Shown here: piece after piece, positions 16,673 to 27,618 of the stretch
Numbering within the stretch: the first letter of the stretch is position 1
Layout of the letters: each line of letters opens with the position of its first letter
Source: Synechococcus sp. A15-28
Lineage (GTDB): Bacteria; Cyanobacteriota; Cyanobacteriia; PCC-6307; Cyanobiaceae
Length of the DNA stretch: 32,000 nucleotides
Direction of reading: 5' to 3'
NCBI RefSeq assembly: GCF_014280175.1
Contig: NZ_CP047931.1
Coordinates: 1,500,001 to 1,532,000, forward strand
Made by a program: the position numbers and the translations under genes
Notes under the pieces: generated by a model
Told to the model about the DNA's origin: nothing
Database searches by the model: none
The model's input: only the letters and a program-made list of their open reading frames with translations

Positions 16673-16795
16673 CCCTGTCCCTCACTGTTCCGGACTGCTG
16701 TGGTAGTTCCTGTGGTCACATCCGCACAGGACGTTGCCGCACGACACCCCGATGCATAAGTTCACGCCACCGAATGGTCCCGAAGCCTTTGGCCG

Positions 16796-16810
16796 AGGGG
16801 TGGAATGTTC
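16796..16810 (+). repeat. copy 2 of the exact 15-nt direct repeat AGGGGTGGAATGTTC
   Basis: Identical to 16561-16575, 235 nt away in the same divergent csoS1/rdgB spacer. Lies 86-100 nt upstream of the rdgB TTG start. Confidence 0.9.
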
Positions 16811-16895
16811 AACCCATGCCATTCGGTTTTGACGTTGATCGAGAGATTCCTACCGCTAAACCCCAAAATGGTGGGCCTTTTGAGCTCCCCGTTCG

Positions 16896-17474
16896 TTGCG
16901 ACGTCTGATCATCGCCACTGGCAATCCCATCAAGGTTGCCGAAATCGAAGCCATGCTCGGACCGTTGCCCGTTGAGGTTCGGCGTCAACCCGACGATCTC
17001 GACGTTGACGAGACAGGGGCGACTTACCTGGAGAATGCCTCCCTCAAGGCATCTGCTGCGGCGACACGGACCAATCACTGGGCCCTTGCCGATGACTCCG
17101 GCCTTGAGGTCGATGCACTTCAGGGTGCCCCGGGGTTGTTTTCCGCTCGCTATGCCAGCGGCAACGACGCCAAAATCCAGCGTCTCCTCGACGCACTCCA
17201 GGGCTCTCCCTATCGCAGTGCCTGTTTCCGCAGCACGATGGTGATCAGCGCCCCTTCCGGCACCTGCGTGGCGTCAGCCGAAGGCGTTTGTTGGGGTGAA
17301 CTGCTCACACAACCCGCCTATGCGGGAGGGGGGTTCGAATCCCTGCTGTGGGTGCGTGAAGCCCGCTGCACCTATGGCGAACTCAATCCAGCGCAACTCA
17401 CCCGTCTCGGCAGCCGCGGCAAAGCTGCTCGCGCCCTGGCCCCTGATCTAAGACGTCTGCTGAACCTGAACTGA
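16896..17474 (+). CDS. rdgB: HAM1/RdgB-family non-canonical purine NTP pyrophosphatase homologue
   Basis: 192 aa from TTG 16896. Has LIIATGNPIKVAEI, DETGATYLENASLKA and ADDSGLEVDALQGAPGLFSARY. The C-terminal motifs are divergent (see findings). Confidence 0.8.
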   Translation: MRRLIIATGNPIKVAEIEAMLGPLPVEVRRQPDDLDVDETGATYLENASLKASAAATRTNHWALADDSGLEVDALQGAPGLFSARYASGNDAKIQRLLDALQGSPYRSACFRSTMVISAPSGTCVASAEGVCWGELLTQPAYAGGGFESLLWVREARCTYGELNPAQLTRLGSRGKAARALAPDLRRLLNLN

Positions 17475-17477
17475 GGC

Positions 17478-18263
17478 TCAGCGCAGCGTGGAGCGTCGGT
17501 TGACGGTCTCGATGGCCCGCATGGCCGCCGCAGCAGCCTCCTCCACATCACCTTCACGACCGGCCAGGGTGAGACGGCCGAAGGCGCCGACGGCTTTCAC
17601 GTCCACCAAGGTGATGTTGGAGGCTTTTTCCGCTTCATTCGCCGCAATCAACACATAGCCGGCGGGCTCGGTTTCGAGGATGAACATGCTCATGCCGGCC
17701 TCGATCATCGAGCCACGGCGGTTCTGGCGGTTGATCAACACCGCATGATCCGGTGTGATCGCCCGGATCACCTCCGTCCAGCTCACGTCCGCCGGAGAAC
17801 GCTGCTCGACCGTGCTGCCGATGGCTTCCAGCACCACATCTCCGGAGTGGAGCACCGTGCTCTGGTCGCGGTGATAAAGCGCCATCGATCCGAAGGCACG
17901 CTCCACCACCATCTGGCCGAGGCGCACATCACTCGCCTTGAGGGCGATGTCCGTGACGCGATGAACAGCCATGCCCGGGGACACTTCCATCCATAGACAG
18001 GCGTCCCCTGGAATGGGCAGGAATCCCTGGCTCACTGAGCCCATGTAGGCCGCCAGTTGAGGCTGCAGCGAGTCGATGAACACATGGGTGCGCAGCTCAA
18101 TCGACTGCACTTGGCTGTTCTGGCGCTGCAGCCTGGGGGATTCGGAATCCGTGGTCACAACACAACTCGCACCTCCCTGGGGAGGTTTCACCTCAGTGCC
18201 GGTCACGAGAGCGCTTCCACCGCGCCGCCGCTCCCGGGCCTCGAAGCTGGCGAAACGGGTCAT
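17478..18263 (-). CDS. csoS1D: tandem-BMC (BMC-T) carboxysome shell protein CsoS1D
   Basis: 261 aa, large enough for two BMC-like halves. The segment ...[20 protein letters not shown]... is typical of CsoS1D. It has the known alpha-cyanobacterial position upstream of csoS1, separated from it by the HAM1 gene. Confidence 0.75.
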   Translation of the reverse strand: MTRFASFEARERRRGGSALVTGTEVKPPQGGASCVVTTDSESPRLQRQNSQVQSIELRTHVFIDSLQPQLAAYMGSVSQGFLPIPGDACLWMEVSPGMAVHRVTDIALKASDVRLGQMVVERAFGSMALYHRDQSTVLHSGDVVLEAIGSTVEQRSPADVSWTEVIRAITPDHAVLINRQNRRGSMIEAGMSMFILETEPAGYVLIAANEAEKASNITLVDVKAVGAFGRLTLAGREGDVEEAAAAAMRAIETVNRRSTLR

Positions 18264-18379
18264 GGCGGGGAGTGTACCGGATGAATTCGGTGGTGACGGC
18301 TATGATCACAGGCCTCAGCTGCGGTCTTGCGTGACGAAGCGCAGCCGATACCGTCCGCTTATCAACACTGAGGACCCCG

Positions 18380-18760
18380 GTGATGAGCGAGCAATCCCCC
18401 GTGAATGCCGTCGAACTGAATGCCGACCAGGCCCTGGGCATGGTGAGCTTCGGCTTGATGCAGCGGCTGGCGAAGGAAGGAAAGGTGGAGCTGCCCTGGC
18501 TGGAAACCGCCGTGGACAGCGAGGTGGAACGGGCCCGGCAGCTACGCCAACGCCTGGAGCTCACCGCCCTGGCCATCAACACCGGCGCACCGCTCACAAC
18601 AGCGGAAGTCACCCTGCTGCTTGGCGCCCGCCCCTGCAGCGAGCAGGTGGAGCGCGGCGGACTGGTGGCTCGCCGTGTGAGCCGCAACGTCTGGCGGCTC
18701 AGCAAGCTGGACGAAAGTGATCGTTCCGACCGCTACGACGGATTCCGTCGTCGCCTCTGA
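18380..18760 (+). CDS. hypothetical protein with a possible C-terminal excisionase/MerR-like helix-turn-helix
   Basis: 126-aa ORF (GTG 18380, ATG 18383). The segment PLTTAEVTLLLGARPCSEQVERGGLVARRVSRNVWRL matches, by eye, the pattern of excisionase-type wHTH domains (LTxxEvAxLLG...G.l.a.r.g.r.wrf). No other domain recognised. Confidence 0.5.
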   Translation: MMSEQSPVNAVELNADQALGMVSFGLMQRLAKEGKVELPWLETAVDSEVERARQLRQRLELTALAINTGAPLTTAEVTLLLGARPCSEQVERGGLVARRVSRNVWRLSKLDESDRSDRYDGFRRRL

Positions 18761-18822
18761 TCCCGAAGAGTTTCAGCGACTGAGGCTCACCAGCTCACTG
18801 GAGAGGTCAGGTTGTGGGCTGA

Positions 18823-20118
<1,296 letters not shown>

Positions 20119-20122
20119 CGCC

Positions 20123-21703
20123 ATGGATCTGACCCTCTGGACCTACGAAGGACCGCCCCACGTGGGTGCCATTCGCATCGCCGCCTCGATGGACGGGGTG
20201 CACTACGTGCTGCACGCACCGCAGGGCGACACCTATGCCGACCTGCTGTTCACCATGATCGAGCGGCGCGGCCAGCGCCCACCAGTGACGTACACCACCT
20301 TTCAGGCTCGCGATCTGGGGGGAGACACAGCGGAACTGGTGAAGCGCCATGTGCGAGAAGCGGTGGACCGCTTCCAACCCGACGCGCTGCTGGTAGGTGA
20401 AAGCTGCACGGCGGAACTGATCCAGGACCAACCCGGGGCCCTGGCACAGGGCATGGGACTGACGATGCCGGTGGTGAGCCTTGAGCTGCCGGCATACAGC
20501 AAAAAAGAGAACTGGGGCGCCGCAGAAACCCTCTATCAATTGACGCGAGGCCTGTTGAAGCAGGACGTGCCTGCCGCTCAGCCACAACATGATCCCAAGC
20601 GTTGGCAGCAGCAGGGACGTCGACCACGGGTGAATTTGCTGGGCCCATCCCTGCTGGGGTTCCGCTGCCGCGATGACGTGCTGGAAGTGCAGACGCTGCT
20701 GACCATGCACGGCATCGATGTGGCGGTGGTGGCCCCCCTGGGGGCGGGGGTTGAGGATCTCAAGCGGATCCCCGACGCCGACCTCAACATCTGCCTCTAC
20801 CCGGAGGTGGCTGAATCCACCTGCATCTGGCTGGAACGCAACTTCGGCATGCCCTTCACCCGCACGGTGCCGATCGGCGTCGGCGCCACCCACGATTTTC
20901 TCGTTGAGGTGCACACCGCCCTGGGACTGGAACCACCCTCGCCGGAGGAGGGTTATCGCCGCTCACGCCTGCCCTGGTATTCCGAATCCGTCGACTCCAC
21001 ATACCTCACCGGCAAGCGGGTGTTCATTTTTGGGGATGGCAGCCATGCCATCGCTGCAGCCCGCATCTGCAGTGAGGAGCTGGGCTTCCAGGTGGTGGGG
21101 CTGGGCACCTACAGCCGTGAGATGGCCCGACCGGTGCGGGCAGCAGCCAAGGCGTTGGGACTGGAGGCGTTGATCTGCGACGACTATCTGAAGGTGGAGG
21201 CAGCCATGGCCGAAGCGGCCCCCGAACTGGTGCTGGGGACCCAGATGGAACGCCACAGCGCCAAACGCCTGGGACTTCCCTGCGCGGTGATCAGCACCCC
21301 CATGCACGTGCAGGACGTGCCCGCCCGAAGGAGTCCCCAGATGGGCTGGGAAGGAGCCAACGTGATCTTCGACGACTGGGTCCACCCACTGATGATGGGG
21401 CTGGAGGAACATCTGATCGGCATGTTCCGCCACGACTTTGAATTCGTGGACGGTCACCAGAGCCACCTGGGCCATGCCGGAGGGGCGGGAGCTGCCAGCG
21501 GGGTGCCCGACCTCAGCGATGGACCAGAGGTGGACGAGGACGCCCTGGTGTGGACGCCCGATGGGGAAGCCGAACTGAAGAAAATCCCTTTCTTCGTGCG
21601 CGGAAAAGTTCGCCGCAATGCTGAGGCCTACGCCCGCCAGGTGGGCTGCAAGGAAATCAGCAGTGAAACGCTGTATGACGCCAAAGCCCACTACAAGGCA
21701 TGA
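20123..21703 (+). CDS. chlB: light-independent protochlorophyllide reductase subunit B
   Basis: 526 aa: [48 protein letters not shown]... Starts 4 nt after the chlN stop. Confidence 0.95.
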   Translation: MDLTLWTYEGPPHVGAIRIAASMDGVHYVLHAPQGDTYADLLFTMIERRGQRPPVTYTTFQARDLGGDTAELVKRHVREAVDRFQPDALLVGESCTAELIQDQPGALAQGMGLTMPVVSLELPAYSKKENWGAAETLYQLTRGLLKQDVPAAQPQHDPKRWQQQGRRPRVNLLGPSLLGFRCRDDVLEVQTLLTMHGIDVAVVAPLGAGVEDLKRIPDADLNICLYPEVAESTCIWLERNFGMPFTRTVPIGVGATHDFLVEVHTALGLEPPSPEEGYRRSRLPWYSESVDSTYLTGKRVFIFGDGSHAIAAARICSEELGFQVVGLGTYSREMARPVRAAAKALGLEALICDDYLKVEAAMAEAAPELVLGTQMERHSAKRLGLPCAVISTPMHVQDVPARRSPQMGWEGANVIFDDWVHPLMMGLEEHLIGMFRHDFEFVDGHQSHLGHAGGAGAASGVPDLSDGPEVDEDALVWTPDGEAELKKIPFFVRGKVRRNAEAYARQVGCKEISSETLYDAKAHYKA

Positions 21704-21854
21704 GCAAATTCACTCAATTATTTTCAGTTAAACGATAGAAATTCTTGAATCATGCCGACAACGGACATTCAGATCTTTCGTTTGTTGGTGAAACACAGCC
21801 ACAGCACATCTTCTGATGTTGAATGAATCCATCTCCTCTTGTGAAGGTCGCTGA

Positions 21855-23729
<1,875 letters not shown>

Positions 23730-23765
23730 TCAGTCGACCTCAGCCACCGGCAGACGAAAGGAATC

Positions 23766-24134
23766 TCAGCGCCAGATCACCCGCAGACGGTTGGGTGCAA
23801 TCCACTGGTCCTGCTCACTCAGCAGCCGCTTCTCACCGCCGATGCTGAACAACCGATCAAATCGGTTTTGCAGTGTTTCCAATCTCTTCGCCTCAAGATT
23901 CACCACAGCCGCGATTTCGCCGTGGCGATCGAGTCGTTCCTGATAGGCGACAGACATCCTCGCAACGCTGACGCAACCCACCAGGATCAAAGCTGCTTTG
24001 GCAGCTAGGGCGATCAGGCAGCAATGCAGTTCCTGCCGGTCCAGCTGACGTTGGATTGATGCGGCGCGGTTGGCGGCGGCTTCAGCCGACGGCTGATCCG
24101 TGGATCGCGATGACTTTGTCTTGGACGCCGTCAC
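23766..24134 (-). CDS. hypothetical single-pass membrane protein (charged N-terminus, one TM, predicted coiled coil)
   Basis: 122-aa ORF. One hydrophobic span (CCLIALAAKAALILVGCVSVA) is followed by a heptad-like segment (YQERLDRHGEIAAVVNLEAKRLETLQNRFDRLF). No family assigned. Confidence 0.45.
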   Translation of the reverse strand: MTASKTKSSRSTDQPSAEAAANRAASIQRQLDRQELHCCLIALAAKAALILVGCVSVARMSVAYQERLDRHGEIAAVVNLEAKRLETLQNRFDRLFSIGGEKRLLSEQDQWIAPNRLRVIWR

Positions 24135-24169
24135 CGCGACTGCTCAGATGACCGCTTGTAACGCAGCGA

Positions 24170-24274
24170 TCAGGCTTCGTAAAGGCTGATGGAGAGACGC
24201 AGGGCCAGAACGGCAGCGTGGGCAGCCACCACCAGAGCGACGAACACTTCAGCTGAGGTCAGAGCAGTGGCCAT
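24170..24274 (-). CDS. psaM: photosystem I reaction centre subunit XII (PsaM), 34 aa
   Basis: Not in the ORF track (below its size cut-off). My hand translation of the minus strand gives MATALTSAEVFVALVVAAHAAVLALRLSISLYEA*. This aligns closely with known PsaM, e.g. MALTDTQVYVALVIALLPAVLAFRLSTELYK. Confidence 0.88.
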   Translation of the reverse strand: MATALTSAEVFVALVVAAHAAVLALRLSISLYEA

Positions 24275-24357
24275 GGGAAAGAAGACACAAGCGGTCCCAT
24301 TCTTCTCCCTCAGCGGGGCTTCAGGCCATCATTCGCAAAGGCCTGTCACACCCATCG

Positions 24358-24828
24358 ATGGAACCGGTTCTGATCAACGCCGATGCGATCCGGCGTCTCG
24401 ACCTCACTCCCCTGCAGCCGTGGAGCAGCCAGCCGCTGCCATCGCTGCTGGAGCAGGGCCCTGCCTTGGCACTGCAGTTCGACTGGCCGCGAGATCCCTC
24501 GGATCCCCGAGAGCTGGCCGAATGTCCTGAGCCAAGGCTCTGGGCCGTGCGAGCCGATGCCCGTTTCCCCTGGCTACCACTGCTGCTGGAACGCGATCAG
24601 GGCAGTTTGATCCGCCATGTGGCCATGGTGGTGCCCCACAGCTTCAACCGCAGTGAGGGACTGCGCTTCGAGCCCCAGGCCCTCGAACTGTGGATCACCC
24701 ACCGGCTGATGCAACTGGACGACCTCTGCACTGCCACGCTGGGACGCTCGCAACGGGGCAAACTCTCGCAGATGGCAGCCTCCCTTGGTTACGAGCTGGA
24801 TGCGGGCTTCTGGACCCTGTTGAGCTGA
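24358..24828 (+). CDS. conserved-looking hypothetical soluble protein
   Basis: 156-aa ORF with an ATG start, divergent from psaM. No motif I can assign with confidence. Confidence 0.5.
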   Translation: MEPVLINADAIRRLDLTPLQPWSSQPLPSLLEQGPALALQFDWPRDPSDPRELAECPEPRLWAVRADARFPWLPLLLERDQGSLIRHVAMVVPHSFNRSEGLRFEPQALELWITHRLMQLDDLCTATLGRSQRGKLSQMAASLGYELDAGFWTLLS

Positions 24829-24830
24829 GT

Positions 24831-25601
24831 TCAGACCAGCAGCAGATGAAGAGCCCGCCGGCAGCTGTCCAACGCCAGAACGATGGCCAGCCCCCGCAGC
24901 AGTCGCACCAGCACCACCGCATCGAAACGGTCCAGACGGCTGGCGGACCATTGGGCCGCCAGGGCAGCCACGCCCCCGAGCACCAGGCCCATCCAGGGCA
25001 CCCCTCGCCCCTCATGCAGGAACTGCAGCGACGCTGCGGTAGCGGAGCAGAACACCGCCACGGTGCTGAGGCGTACCGCCCGATGGATGGGAACCCCCAG
25101 GGGTCCGTTCATCAGCGGCACCATCACCAGGCCACCACCGAGGCCGAGCATTCCGGCCGTCCAGCCGGCAATGCACCCCACCCCCGCCAACAACCCCACC
25201 TGGCCATTGGTCTCCTCGACCTCTTCAGGGGTCTCCTCCTCCCGCACGCGCACAGCGAAGGCCAGCACCACATAGATCAGCGTCTGCATCGCCAGCAGAA
25301 TCCAGCCAGACACCACCCCCGCCAGACCGCCGAACAACAGCGCTGAACCAAAGGCGGACACACCGATGGCCACACCGGTTCGAACCGGCAGTGATCCACT
25401 GCGGAGATGAGACACCAGGCCCGCCAGGGCCGTTGGCACGATCGCAAAACTGCTGGTGGCCAAGGCCTGATGGGGCGGAAGATCCAGCCAGAGCAGCAAA
25501 GGCGCGAAGATCAGACCACCTCCAATGCCCAGCAGGCCAGCCAATCCTCCGGCCAGCAGGCCCAGGCCGATCAGCAGGGGGATGTCCCACCAGGGCAGCA
25601 C
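24831..25601 (-). CDS. TauE/SafE (TSUP) family anion exporter-like membrane protein
   Basis: 256 aa and polytopic. Internally duplicated glycine motifs LLGIGGGLIFAPLL and MLGLGGGLVMVPLM are typical of the family. Confidence 0.8.
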   Translation of the reverse strand: MLPWWDIPLLIGLGLLAGGLAGLLGIGGGLIFAPLLLWLDLPPHQALATSSFAIVPTALAGLVSHLRSGSLPVRTGVAIGVSAFGSALLFGGLAGVVSGWILLAMQTLIYVVLAFAVRVREEETPEEVEETNGQVGLLAGVGCIAGWTAGMLGLGGGLVMVPLMNGPLGVPIHRAVRLSTVAVFCSATAASLQFLHEGRGVPWMGLVLGGVAALAAQWSASRLDRFDAVVLVRLLRGLAIVLALDSCRRALHLLLV

Positions 25602-25627
25602 GTCATCGCTCGCTCACGATCTCCAGC

Positions 25628-26380
25628 ATGCCGACCGCCGGATCCCCTGGCCGACTCATTCCCCACCTGATTGGAGATGGTCCGACCCAAATGGCCATCG
25701 ACACCATGCTGCTGGCCCAGGCCACGGAGGCTCCGGTGCTGCGGTTCTACCGCTGGGACGGGCCCTGGCTGTCCCTGGGACGTCATCAGCGCCACTGGCC
25801 CCAGCACTGGCATCAACTGACGCAGGGGGGACGGCTTCGCATGGTGCGTCGCCCCAGTGGCGGCCAGGCTGTTCTGCACGCGGGGGGACTCACCTATGCG
25901 CTGATCTGGCCCTCCGCTCCACGCCGACGCAAGCAGGCCTACCGGGAGGCATGCCAATGGTTGATCGATGGCTTCACCCAACTGGGGCTGCCGTTGCGGT
26001 TCGGGGACGATCCCGCCCTCGCCGGCGACAGCAACTGCTTCGCAAGTGCCACCGCGGCAGATCTCGTGGACCCTGCCGGCGTCAAACGCATCGGCAGTGC
26101 CCAGTGCTGGCAGCGCGGACGCCTGCTTCAGCACGGGGAGATCCTGCTGGACCCTCCACCGGAGCTCTGGCAGTTGGTGTTCGGCGAAGCCGCTCCGCCG
26201 GCAGCAGCACCAGCGATTGACCTGCTGAGGTTGGAGCAGCAGCTGATTGAGGCCATGGCCATGGCCTGGCCTGAGGTGAGCTGGAAGGAGTTACCCCTCA
26301 GCGAGGACGAGCGTGATCAGGTGGAGGCCCGTTCACGATCCGATGGTTCGGAAGTTGCCGCCATCGACTCGACGATCTGA
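25628..26380 (+). CDS. lipoate-protein ligase / octanoyltransferase family (BPL/LPL catalytic domain) protein
   Basis: The track ORF starts at 25391 but overlaps the TauE gene. ATG 25628 gives MPTAGSPGRLIPHLIGDGPTQMAIDTMLL... Contains RRPSGGQAVLH and GVKRIGSAQ (conserved Lys), typical of LplA/LipB-type enzymes. Confidence 0.75.
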   Translation: MPTAGSPGRLIPHLIGDGPTQMAIDTMLLAQATEAPVLRFYRWDGPWLSLGRHQRHWPQHWHQLTQGGRLRMVRRPSGGQAVLHAGGLTYALIWPSAPRRRKQAYREACQWLIDGFTQLGLPLRFGDDPALAGDSNCFASATAADLVDPAGVKRIGSAQCWQRGRLLQHGEILLDPPPELWQLVFGEAAPPAAAPAIDLLRLEQQLIEAMAMAWPEVSWKELPLSEDERDQVEARSRSDGSEVAAIDSTI

Positions 26381-27576
26381 GGCAACATCACCAGCCCCAT
26401 CGGGTAGCGGTTATGGCGCCTTGCCTCATCGAGGATCGGAGGGGGGAGCCGCACCCCCAGTCGCTTGAGCACCGCTTCTGCGATGTCCATGCGGTCCACG
26501 GTGCCGGCGGGAAGACCGGCCGGGCTCAGCACCAAGGCCCGGCCCTGGTCAGAGGCCTCAATAACTTTGATGGCCTGCCAGATGGGCGCCGAGTCGGCCA
26601 CGGAGGGGAGGGATTCCAGAGGGCGGAGATGGTCGCCGACGGTCTGCAGGTCCCACTGCTGAACAGGGAGATCCCGCAGAGGCTGATCATCCACCCAACC
26701 CAGCCAATGGGGGCCACGGCAGATCAGCACCCAATCCGCCCCTCGCTTGGCCTCGTCGTCCTGAAGACGCAGCTGACTGAGCCGACGCAGGGGCTGATCA
26801 GACTCCATCACCCTGAAGCGGCGACTGGCAGCATCCGCCACCTTCAGGTCCCGCAGCACCTGATGCAGCACCAGCATCTGGGACTGGCTGCGATTCGCGC
26901 CAAGGCCGAACCAACCGATCAGCATCAACATCACGCCGTTGAAGCCACCGCCCTGCAGCAACAGCAGGCCCCCCAGCACGATCATCAGTGTGGAGAGAGC
27001 ACGGCCGGAGGCGGCTGCCACCTGCATCCCCCGCTTCTGACTGCCGCTGAACTGCCACACCAGCGCCTTGAGGATCAATCCACCATCCAGTGGCAGACCC
27101 GGCAGCAGATTGAATAAACCGAGCATCAGGTTGAGCAGGCCGAGCTGCGTGCAGAGCAACGTGAGCAGAGGACTCACACCACCGGCCGGCACCGCTGAAA
27201 GGAGCAGACCCAGGGCCAGGAGAAGACTGACGAGGGGACCGGCGGCAGCAATGCGCAGACTGCCCATTGCCGTGTTGCACTCCTTCTCGACCCGGGCAAT
27301 CCCCCCCAGATGGAACAGGGTGATGCTGAGCACCTTCACCCCTTCACGGACCGCCATCACGGCATGGCCGAGTTCATGCAGCAACACCGATAAAAACAGC
27401 ATGAGCGCTGTCGCCAGGCCCAGCCCCCAGCTCACCGTCAACGGGACGGCCGGCGTGATCTCAGTCGAATAACGCCCCTGGAAGAGGGTGGTGAAGATGG
27501 CCAGGGCAAACAACCAGCTGGGCTGGATCCGCAGCGGAATGCCCCGAAAGGTCAACAGGGTCCAGCCTTCTCCCAC
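26317..27576 (-). CDS. M50 site-2 protease family zinc metalloprotease with a CBS-like C-terminal region
   Basis: 419 aa (GTG start). Has HELGHAVMA (HExxH) and NLLPGLPLDGG (NxxPxxxLDG) in a polytopic N-terminal part. Confidence 0.8.
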   Translation of the reverse strand: MGEGWTLLTFRGIPLRIQPSWLFALAIFTTLFQGRYSTEITPAVPLTVSWGLGLATALMLFLSVLLHELGHAVMAVREGVKVLSITLFHLGGIARVEKECNTAMGSLRIAAAGPLVSLLLALGLLLSAVPAGGVSPLLTLLCTQLGLLNLMLGLFNLLPGLPLDGGLILKALVWQFSGSQKRGMQVAAASGRALSTLMIVLGGLLLLQGGGFNGVMLMLIGWFGLGANRSQSQMLVLHQVLRDLKVADAASRRFRVMESDQPLRRLSQLRLQDDEAKRGADWVLICRGPHWLGWVDDQPLRDLPVQQWDLQTVGDHLRPLESLPSVADSAPIWQAIKVIEASDQGRALVLSPAGLPAGTVDRMDIAEAVLKRLGVRLPPPILDEARRHNRYPMGLVMLPQIVESMAATSEPSDRERAST

Positions 27577-27618
27577 CGCTTCTCCAAGGTGTCGCTGCCC
27601 CAGAGGGGCGTGTCCTCC

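Noticed and set aside
16565-16759. 64-aa plus-strand ORF (GTG start) in the csoS1/rdgB spacer, the minus-strand ORF 16809-17078, and 25-26-codon mini-ORFs at 16570 and 16752.
   Set aside because: No SD and no recognisable product. They run through the csoS1 promoter and 5'-UTR region, and the 16809-17078 ORF overlaps rdgB. A non-coding regulatory role for the spacer is more plausible.
17332-17342. GGTTCGAATCC, the tRNA T-loop consensus, seen inside rdgB.
   Set aside because: The flanking bases do not form a proper T-stem (GGGGG versus CCCTG). I could find no acceptor-stem complement about 65 nt upstream. The segment is in-frame coding sequence (..AGGGFESLL..). Chance match.
24189-24530. 113-aa plus-strand ORF spanning the psaM locus and the start of the 156-aa gene.
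   Set aside because: It is antisense to a clear psaM and out of frame with the better-supported ORF 24358-24828. Its composition is Ala/Arg-rich.
25391-25627. Upstream extension of the lipoate-ligase-like ORF (track start 25391).
   Set aside because: It overlaps the TauE/SafE gene on the opposite strand and is low-complexity. The conserved N-terminal region (RLIP...QMAIDTMLL) follows ATG 25628.
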